Below are positions 19,110 through 26,015 of a stretch of DNA of 30,834 nt, piece after piece. Each line of letters starts with the position of its first letter. The first letter of the stretch is position 1. The position numbers were made by a program, and so were the translations under genes. The stretch is taken from IMG/VR virus record IMGVR_UViG_3300020413_001405, positions 1 through 30,834 of that record. One strand, 5' to 3'. Source of the DNA: a virus. Its lineage: Duplodnaviria; Caudoviricetes. The notes under the pieces are model-generated. The model did not search any database. It saw only the letters and a list, made by a program, of their open reading frames with translations, and was not told where the DNA came from.

Positions 19110-19127
19110 GATAAAAAGGAAAACAAA

Positions 19128-19385
19128 ATGGCATTAACAGAAGAAACACAACAAGATAAAATTGAAGTAGTAGGCGAATTTAAGATTATTCAGGTAAGAA
19201 CTGCAACTATTATTAAACGAGACGGCGAAGAAATTTCAAGAAGTTTTCATCGTCATGTTGTAGCACCAGATGCAGACATTTCAGGTGAAAGTGCAGAAGT
19301 TCAAGCAATATGTGGTGTAGTACACACTGATGCAGTAAAGTCAGCGTATGAAGCACACATAATCGCTAACACTCCCGGTGAATAA
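19128..19385 (+). CDS. Small protein typically following fibre genes (putative fibre assembly protein)
   Basis: MALTEETQQDKIEVVG..IQVRTATIIKRDGEEISRSFHRHVVAP; AAGGA SD. Confidence 0.75.
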   Translation: MALTEETQQDKIEVVGEFKIIQVRTATIIKRDGEEISRSFHRHVVAPDADISGESAEVQAICGVVHTDAVKSAYEAHIIANTPGE

Positions 19386-19396
19386 AGAAGTTTAAT

Positions 19397-19855
19397 ATGT
19401 TACAAGCAAGCGGTTGTTGTTTTCTTGCCTTGGATACAGGCAGGATTATGCTACAACAAAGAAGTAAAAAATCTAGTCACCCATTAACTTGGAGTTTTTG
19501 GGGAGGCAAAGCTGACAAAAAAGAACGTCCTATAGAAACATTATTAAGAGAATGCAAAGAAGAAATAGGACCATTACCAGATATTGCTAAAGTTCATCCA
19601 CTGCATACTTTTTTAAGTGATGATAAAAAGTTTACCTACAATACATTTTGTGTAACAGTGTTTGAAGAATTTATACCAAGTTGTAATTATGAAAGCAGTG
19701 GATATAGTTGGGTAAGCATAAACTGTTGGCCCAAGCCGTTACACAGAGGTGCAAGAGTTGTATTAACAAACAAACAACTTGTAGACAAACTTGTAACCAT
19801 TTATGAACGTGAAAAAGATCAAACAGATTTGCCAAATTGGTTAGACAGTTTTTAA
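19397..19855 (+). CDS. NUDIX hydrolase
   Basis: GGKADKKERPIETLLRECKEEIG matches GX5EX7REUXEEXG. Confidence 0.9.
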   Translation: MLQASGCCFLALDTGRIMLQQRSKKSSHPLTWSFWGGKADKKERPIETLLRECKEEIGPLPDIAKVHPLHTFLSDDKKFTYNTFCVTVFEEFIPSCNYESSGYSWVSINCWPKPLHRGARVVLTNKQLVDKLVTIYEREKDQTDLPNWLDSF

Positions 19856-20544
19856 AATATGTCCTTTACAAAATCTGTTGTCAAATCAATTTGTGTAGTT
19901 TTTCTAAAAAAGTAATCTGTAAATTTGTTGGCTAGTACTATATGATTCTCTGGACTTAAATGACAATCTTTAGTGTCTTGTTTGTTAATTTTATCCAGCC
20001 ATTTTTGTTTGTTTTCCCAGCCACCATGTTCTTGTGCATCAATATCATACAAAGATCCTTTATTGCAATTATGTAGGTGATTCCATTCAAAACACGGAAT
20101 TACAACCAATTTAATATTTTTCCTTTGAGCAAATATATGACACCACGCTATCATGTTTTCCAAACTTATCTTCCAATCTTTTTCATTATCATGTAGATAA
20201 GTGTAATAGTATTCAATTGCCTTTTCTTGCTGTTTAGAAATTAATTTATTGTACACAGAATTATGATTAGCAATTTGTGGGTGTTCAGCAAAAAACCAAT
20301 TTCTGGTCAAACTAGTTGTTACAACTACCATAAAATCATTTGCATTGATATTTAGACTATTGTTTACTATTTCATGACACAAGTAATTGTTAGCACAACC
20401 ATATTGTCCAATAATAGATACATGTTTGGTCTGTAAATTTTTTCCAAGTATATAAGGCCATGCTTTTTGTTCGTCAATCCATTTTTTTGTTTTCATATTT
20501 GGCATGACAAAACTATCTCCAACTATCCATAAGTTAGGTTTCAT
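19852..20544 (-). CDS. SGNH/GDSL-like hydrolase or acyltransferase fold protein
   Basis: N-terminal WIVGDSF, GCANN, C-terminal DCHLSPENH. Confidence 0.6.
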   Translation of the reverse strand: MKPNLWIVGDSFVMPNMKTKKWIDEQKAWPYILGKNLQTKHVSIIGQYGCANNYLCHEIVNNSLNINANDFMVVVTTSLTRNWFFAEHPQIANHNSVYNKLISKQQEKAIEYYYTYLHDNEKDWKISLENMIAWCHIFAQRKNIKLVVIPCFEWNHLHNCNKGSLYDIDAQEHGGWENKQKWLDKINKQDTKDCHLSPENHIVLANKFTDYFFRKTTQIDLTTDFVKDIF

Positions 20545-20905
20545 TTTGACTGTCGCCCTTGCTTATTCTAAAATTATCTTCTACACTATCAGGAGTACTT
20601 ACTTCAATAATTATACAATCATTTTCCATAGCTATTAATTGATGAGGGACCATTGGTTTGTTACGCCATGTATCACCTGTTTTAAGAATTTGGGTTAAGG
20701 TTTCTGCTGTATTTGTGTCCATTAAATGAAGCATAAAGCTACCTTTAAGTACATACCAACTTTCATCTTTTTCTCGGTGGAAGTGCATACTAAACTTTGC
20801 ACCTTTGCGATCAAAGAACATAAGTTTCCCACAGTACTTGTCATTGGTTGCCCATATTAACTCTCGGCCCCAACCTTTTTCTTGTACGCCATCAAGTTGT
20901 GTCAT
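20534..20905 (-). CDS. Cupin protein (sugar isomerase-like)
   Basis: KGWGRELIW, SMHFHREKDESWYVLKG, PMVPHQL, IEVSTPDSVEDNFR. Confidence 0.82.
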   Translation of the reverse strand: MTQLDGVQEKGWGRELIWATNDKYCGKLMFFDRKGAKFSMHFHREKDESWYVLKGSFMLHLMDTNTAETLTQILKTGDTWRNKPMVPHQLIAMENDCIIIEVSTPDSVEDNFRISKGDSQNET

Positions 20906-22043
20906 TGTTTATCCTTTGTATTGTATTTGTAGTACTATAATTTTTTATTGACGGTATGATTACTACTTCAGCTAGTTCATTTCCAACTACAGTATCAATA
21001 GTGTAATCACCACCTTTGGTAATTATGTCTGGCTTTACACTTTTAATTAATTTCTCAGGAGTATCTTCGTCAAATAAAATTACTTCATCAACAAAATCTA
21101 AACTCTCTAATAGCACTTTTCTATCAGTTTCATTGTTTACAGGTCTATCATTTCCTTTGAGTCTTTTTATACTACGGTCTGTATTTAATCCAACTACTAA
21201 CCAATGACCTATATCTTTGCTTGCACGAAGCATCTCTATATGCCCTCTATGTACAATATCAAAACAGCCATTGGTAAAAACTTTAGTTTGTTCTACATCA
21301 CCTTTTTTAAGTATATAAGTGCCTCGATGTTTAACGCTTTCTGTACTAGCACTAATCGCCATTTGTAAACACTTCTCATAACTATAATTTTTAGTTAACG
21401 CATATACAAAAGCGGCTATAAAACAATCGCCAGCACCTGTAACATCTGAAACTTCAACTTGTTGTACTGGAATATCATAGTTTTTGCCTTCAATAGTAGC
21501 ATTTACAGTTTCACTTGCATTTGTAGTAATAATATTGCCTTGCCACTTATTAAATTCAAAGTCAAACATTTCTTTATAATTAGGTTTTACTAGCCATGCA
21601 TCTTTGTATTCAGTTGCATTACGTTTGGGATCTACAATAACTTTAGATCCGTGACTATTAATATATGCAATAATTTCTTTAGCATTATCTAATACACCTT
21701 TGTTGTAATCACTTAGTATTACATAATCAAATGATCTAAAATCACTACGCAATACATTTCTTAGCACAGATACTCCGTCACCTTTTTTATCTTCATCTAA
21801 ACGTGTAACATAATGACCATCACATATAATACGAGTTTTAGAACTTCTTGGTTGTCCTGTTTCTAGTAAAGTTACATCTACTCCTAAACTTTTTAAATTT
21901 TCATAAACAAGTGCCGCTCCTCCCATAGTTGTTTTTTCTTCTTTGTATGTTACTACAGGCACAGGTGCTTCTGGGCTGATTCGTGAACTGGTTCCGTAAA
22001 TATATTTGTCAACTATTACATCACCAAAGACTAATACTTTCAT
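20892..22043 (-). CDS. hldE: Bifunctional heptose-7-phosphate kinase / heptose-1-phosphate adenylyltransferase
   Basis: GDVIVDKY..G...RISPEAPVPV, LSDYNKG, VDPK, DVTGAGD, then VFTNGCFDIVHRGH, VVGLNTD.S..RLKG..RP, KGGDY, STT. Confidence 0.92.
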   Translation of the reverse strand: MKVLVFGDVIVDKYIYGTSSRISPEAPVPVVTYKEEKTTMGGAALVYENLKSLGVDVTLLETGQPRSSKTRIICDGHYVTRLDEDKKGDGVSVLRNVLRSDFRSFDYVILSDYNKGVLDNAKEIIAYINSHGSKVIVDPKRNATEYKDAWLVKPNYKEMFDFEFNKWQGNIITTNASETVNATIEGKNYDIPVQQVEVSDVTGAGDCFIAAFVYALTKNYSYEKCLQMAISASTESVKHRGTYILKKGDVEQTKVFTNGCFDIVHRGHIEMLRASKDIGHWLVVGLNTDRSIKRLKGNDRPVNNETDRKVLLESLDFVDEVILFDEDTPEKLIKSVKPDIITKGGDYTIDTVVGNELAEVVIIPSIKNYSTTNTIQRINNDTT

Positions 22044-22912
22044 AAATTTGCCTCAACAAATTCGTCTGGTGATTTAAAGTTATAAGGAATCAATGTATTC
22101 AATTTAGTATTGTTACTGCAAGTATACATTTGATAAATGCCTTTAAGATCATCAGGTACTGGTATATATTCTATGCTTGCGTTGTAATGACTAGCTATAA
22201 GTTTTGCCCAATACTCAAATGTATATGTAGTTCCTGTTCCAAGATTACAAATAAAACTTTCGTCATGTTGCACACATTCATACATTATATGAACTACATC
22301 TTCAACACATATAAAGTCACGTTGTACTTTATCACTGCCTTCAAATATTTTTATAACACCTTTATCTGTTGCTTGTTTTATAAAATTTGTATAAGGACTT
22401 CCCATTCCTACAGCTTGTTTATGACTTTCTCTGTTTCCGTATACATTGAAAAATCTCCAGCTTTGTATTTTATTTAAAGGCATATTGTTTCTAATCATAT
22501 TATCACAAATAAGTTTACTACTAGCATATAAATTTTTAGGTGCCTCATTTGTTGGAATTTCTTGTGTTTCCACATTGTCTCCGTAAACACTTGCACTGCT
22601 GGCAAATACCATTGTGTTACACTTGTTTAATAATTGTCTTGTGTAAACAACATTACTTGTATAAATTTTAGACCAGTCAGTCTCCTTTGTGCTACTGTTA
22701 GCACCCATATGCCATACAATATCGCTTCTATCTATGTTGATATCTAATAATTCACTTGGACTTATAAGATCCTCAAAGTGTAATCCTGCTAAGTTTTTTG
22801 TCTTGTCCATAGAAAGATTATCCACTAATAATACATCAGTGTGTCCTTTGTTGTTCAAATGAGCTACTAGATTACTTCCAATAAATCCAGCCGCACCGGT
22901 AACGATATGCAT
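22040..22912 (-). CDS. hldD: ADP-L-glycero-D-manno-heptose 6-epimerase
   Basis: IVTGAAGFIGSNLV, GANSSTKE, ASSASVYG, PKNLYASSK (YxxxK), RFFNVYGNRESHK, RDFICVED, NLGTG, YQMYT; adjacent to hldE. Confidence 0.88.
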   Translation of the reverse strand: MHIVTGAAGFIGSNLVAHLNNKGHTDVLLVDNLSMDKTKNLAGLHFEDLISPSELLDINIDRSDIVWHMGANSSTKETDWSKIYTSNVVYTRQLLNKCNTMVFASSASVYGDNVETQEIPTNEAPKNLYASSKLICDNMIRNNMPLNKIQSWRFFNVYGNRESHKQAVGMGSPYTNFIKQATDKGVIKIFEGSDKVQRDFICVEDVVHIMYECVQHDESFICNLGTGTTYTFEYWAKLIASHYNASIEYIPVPDDLKGIYQMYTCSNNTKLNTLIPYNFKSPDEFVEANL

Positions 22913-22932
22913 TATGACTCCTATTTTGTATA

Positions 22933-22961
22933 ATTATATAACAAAAAATCTTTCGTGTCAA
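22933..22961 (-). promoter_or_regulatory. Perfect-consensus sigma70 promoter for the hldD-hldE operon
   Basis: Minus strand TTGACA-17 nt-TATAAT. Confidence 0.85.
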
Positions 22962-22968
22962 GATTAAC

Positions 22969-22976
22969 TATAAATA
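22969..22976 (+). promoter_or_regulatory. Perfect T4 late promoter TATAAATA heading the orf-hemA-pcyX unit
   Basis: TATAAATA-taatt-ATG(22982). Confidence 0.75.
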
Positions 22977-22981
22977 TAATT

Positions 22982-23167
22982 ATGTTAAAGTACATACAAG
23001 AATGGATTAAAGATTACAACGAAGCTACAAATGAATTTCATAAAATGGGCTTTTTTACGTTAGGCACCTGGTTTGGATCATATACATATTTAGACAAAGA
23101 GATGTATCACAAATATCATGATAAACAAAGAGAAATTTCAGAACGTCATAACCAATCTAAAGAGTAG
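22982..23167 (+). CDS. Hypothetical protein, 61 aa
   Basis: Start refined to ATG 22982 (MLKYIQEW...); overlaps the hemA 5' end by 50 nt. Confidence 0.6.
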   Translation: MLKYIQEWIKDYNEATNEFHKMGFFTLGTWFGSYTYLDKEMYHKYHDKQREISERHNQSKE

Positions 23168-24302
23168 TGGTAATTATAGAGTATTTAATGATATACTCAG
23201 AGAACGTGGAGAGTATCCACAGGCAATTTACTACGGCCCTTACAATATAAAAAATATTGTAAATTGGTGTAGCAATGACTACTTGGGTATGGGTCAACAC
23301 AAAGTTGTGTTAGACGCAATGCATACTGCATTGGATCAAACAGGAGCAGGCAGTGGTGGTACTAGAAACATAGGTGGTACCAGTCATTATCATGTAGCAC
23401 TAGAATACGAACTGTCGAAATTACACAACAAACCGTCGTCTTTGTTATACTCCAGTGCTTATGTTGCTAACGAATGGACATTAATTGCACTTAGTAAAAT
23501 ACTATCAGATATAGAATTTGTTAGTGATAGTAAGAACCATGCAAGTCTTATTCAAGGTATAAGACATAGTGGTGCACCAAAACATATTTTTGAACACAAT
23601 GACATGGACAGTCTGGAACAAACACTTGCACAAGTTGAAGGTACACCTTGTATTGTTTTTGAAAGTGTTTACAGTATGGATGGATATACCAGTAAAGCAA
23701 AAGAAATAGTTGCACTTGCTGAACATTATAATGCTATAACTTATTGTGATGAAGTACATGCAGTTGGTCTATACGGAGATACAGGTGCAGGATACTTAGA
23801 AAAATTAGGATTACAAGACAAAGTAGATTTCGTAAATGGTACACTAGGAAAAGCATTTGGTTGCCAAGGTGGATACATTGCTGGTGATGATGTTGCTATT
23901 GATGCCATAAGAAGTGTAGCAAGTGGGTTTATTTTTACAACCAGTTTGAGTCCAGTTATATGTGCTGGTGCATTAAGTAGTATAAAATATTTGCGTAGTG
24001 AGCATGGTGTTGAACTGCGAGAACAACATCAAAATCGTGCAACCAGACTTAAAAAAATACTAAGACACAAAAACTTAAATTTAATAGAGAATGAAACACA
24101 CATTGTTCCTGTGATAATAGGTAATGCAGTACATTGTAAACAAGCAAGTGATAAACTACTGAATGATCATAACATTTATGTACAACCAATTAATTATCCT
24201 ACAGTGCCTATCGGAACTGAACGTTTAAGATTTGCACCAACTCCAATGCACAGTAACGCAATGATTTCAGATCTTGCAGAACGATTAGAGGAAGTACTAT
24301 GA
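23118..24302 (+). CDS. hemA: 5-aminolevulinate synthase (PLP dependent, C4/Shemin pathway)
   Basis: WCSNDYLGM, GAGSGGTRNI, SDSKNHASLI, FESVYSMDG, DEVHAVGLYG, GTLGKAFG (PLP lysine), YVQPINYPTVP.GTERLR. Confidence 0.95.
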   Translation: MINKEKFQNVITNLKSSGNYRVFNDILRERGEYPQAIYYGPYNIKNIVNWCSNDYLGMGQHKVVLDAMHTALDQTGAGSGGTRNIGGTSHYHVALEYELSKLHNKPSSLLYSSAYVANEWTLIALSKILSDIEFVSDSKNHASLIQGIRHSGAPKHIFEHNDMDSLEQTLAQVEGTPCIVFESVYSMDGYTSKAKEIVALAEHYNAITYCDEVHAVGLYGDTGAGYLEKLGLQDKVDFVNGTLGKAFGCQGGYIAGDDVAIDAIRSVASGFIFTTSLSPVICAGALSSIKYLRSEHGVELREQHQNRATRLKKILRHKNLNLIENETHIVPVIIGNAVHCKQASDKLLNDHNIYVQPINYPTVPIGTERLRFAPTPMHSNAMISDLAERLEEVL

Positions 24303-24967
24303 GCGAAATATGGGATAAACTTATTGATTGCGAACAAAAAATTATTGCAAAATGTGCTAGTTTAGGCAAAGAAAATTTTGATGATCCGGAGTTTGACTGG
24401 CTCAACAAAGTATACGAAGGCGAACATTTTAGACGAGCTCATATAGACAGTGTAGATGCTAGAGACTCAAAAGGGTTGTATATGACTCATATATGTGTGT
24501 TTCCAAACTTTGATAATGATGCACCTATATATGGATTTGATATTATTGCAGGTAAAAACAAAGTTACTGGTGCTTTCCATGACTATTCTCCTACAGTAGA
24601 CTGGCATCATCCTATGTGTAATTTGTTTAGAGATTGCGTACAAGATTTAGAATGGAAAAAACAACGTGAACTACCTCCTTGGGCTCAAGCAATATTCAGC
24701 AAACATATGGTAGCCGCAAGTAATGTTAAAGTAGATGAAATGAATCAAGTTGTTACTATGGCATTAGATAACTTAGACATGTACTTTGAAGAGCTACCTA
24801 AATATACAAAAGCTCAATATAACCAAGGTTTAATAAAAGATCAGCAAAACAGATATTGTCATTATCAAAAACAAAATCCACATACGCCTAAGGCAATGGA
24901 AGCACTAGGACTTGATCCTGTTGATATCAAACACTTTATTGAGGAATGTCTGTTTCCTGAGGTTTAA
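24299..24967 (+). CDS. pcyX: Ferredoxin-dependent bilin reductase, PcyX/PcyA type
   Basis: RRAHIDSVDARDSKGLYMTHICVFP, APIYGFDIIAGKNKVTGAFHDYSP, RELPPWAQAIFS, QNRYCHYQKQNPHT, FIEECLFP; ATGA-coupled to hemA. Confidence 0.88.
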   Translation: MSEIWDKLIDCEQKIIAKCASLGKENFDDPEFDWLNKVYEGEHFRRAHIDSVDARDSKGLYMTHICVFPNFDNDAPIYGFDIIAGKNKVTGAFHDYSPTVDWHHPMCNLFRDCVQDLEWKKQRELPPWAQAIFSKHMVAASNVKVDEMNQVVTMALDNLDMYFEELPKYTKAQYNQGLIKDQQNRYCHYQKQNPHTPKAMEALGLDPVDIKHFIEECLFPEV

Positions 24968-26015
24968 CTTTATCTTTGAACTCAGGTTTTTTCTCACTAT
25001 TTGGATGACCATCTATAGTAGTAGGATCAAAATCTTCTGATTCTTCAGGCGGAGGAGGTGTTTTATCTTCATCTATTTTCATATCATACAGTTGATTCAA
25101 TGTTAAAGTTAACCATTCTTCTTTATCTAAATTCCAAAACACAACTTTATTATCTTCTTGATATCTTAGATAGTATGGTTCCCAATGCACTTTATCCAAC
25201 TTGGGTTCATGTGGTATTTTATCAGGCATCAGTGTAATCAGTACATTTCTTACTAGATTAGGATCATCAAATTCATCTGGTCTACTAACAATTTTAGGAT
25301 CAATTTTATATGTAACTTTAGCTGTAAATCTTGTTAATTTATCCATAAGCCATAATTGATCCGGATACCAATATCTTAAATGCATATTCCACATGTGGTG
25401 AATTCTCCTTACGTTAAAATGTCTCCATTCTTGTCTATCATTATCAAAAGCAAACATCCATGGATCACTATCATATATACTATTTTTAGGAACATTATCT
25501 CCCTGGGGTATTAAGTCATGTCGCAACGTAATTACTTGACTTTTGACCGTTTGTGGAGGTTGATTTACTCTGAGGTCACTTCCTGGCATATCAATATGTT
25601 CATTTTCTTTACTGTCAGGTTCTATTCCCCCAATATCAGTGTAAACTATGTCTTGTTCTAACAAATAAATCATACGATTTTTCATATCGTTAACTTCTTC
25701 GTCAAAAACATATTCTTGACAATGTTGAGGATATTTTTTAGCAAATTCAGAATCTGATATTGTGTGTTGATCAATAAAAAACTGTCTATAGTAATTGTTA
25801 ACGAATCCATCATATAACAAATCTATTCTATCAAACCAATCCTTATCCCAAGGAGGTCCTTGTTCACGTTCATCAAATTTTATATCAGTCCAATGATACT
25901 TTTTAAATTTAAGATTTGGATTGTCTTTGTGTATAAAGTTAGGATTATTTTTGAAATCTGGAGGTGTATCATCATACCACAACGGTCCATTTATTTCTTT
26001 TAGCTGTTTGCTCAT
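24936..26015 (-). CDS. Hypothetical protein with two tandem WYL_2/SH3-like modules
   Basis: ITLRHDLIP...FAFDNDRQEWRHFNVRRI and ITLMPDKIP...VFWNLDKEEWLTLTLNQL; convergent 32-nt overlap with pcyX. Confidence 0.55.
   Translation of the reverse strand: MSKQLKEINGPLWYDDTPPDFKNNPNFIHKDNPNLKFKKYHWTDIKFDEREQGPPWDKDWFDRIDLLYDGFVNNYYRQFFIDQHTISDSEFAKKYPQHCQEYVFDEEVNDMKNRMIYLLEQDIVYTDIGGIEPDSKENEHIDMPGSDLRVNQPPQTVKSQVITLRHDLIPQGDNVPKNSIYDSDPWMFAFDNDRQEWRHFNVRRIHHMWNMHLRYWYPDQLWLMDKLTRFTAKVTYKIDPKIVSRPDEFDDPNLVRNVLITLMPDKIPHEPKLDKVHWEPYYLRYQEDNKVVFWNLDKEEWLTLTLNQLYDMKIDEDKTPPPPEESEDFDPTTIDGHPNSEKKPEFKDKVKPQETDIPQ

Noticed and set aside
19058-19130. Stop readthrough or frameshift fusing fibre 3 to the 85-aa protein, stimulated by the hairpin
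   Set aside because: The downstream ATG is out of frame, the readthrough frame stops at a TAA within the spacer, and the downstream gene's frame has a TAG at 19065-19067.
12683-19385. Diversity-generating retroelement or invertible shufflon acting on the fibres
   Set aside because: No reverse transcriptase, recombinase, adenine-variable template repeat or inverted crossover sites seen in the window.
22982-23167. The 61-aa ORF as the missing heme oxygenase
   Set aside because: Far too short and lacks recognisable heme oxygenase motifs.
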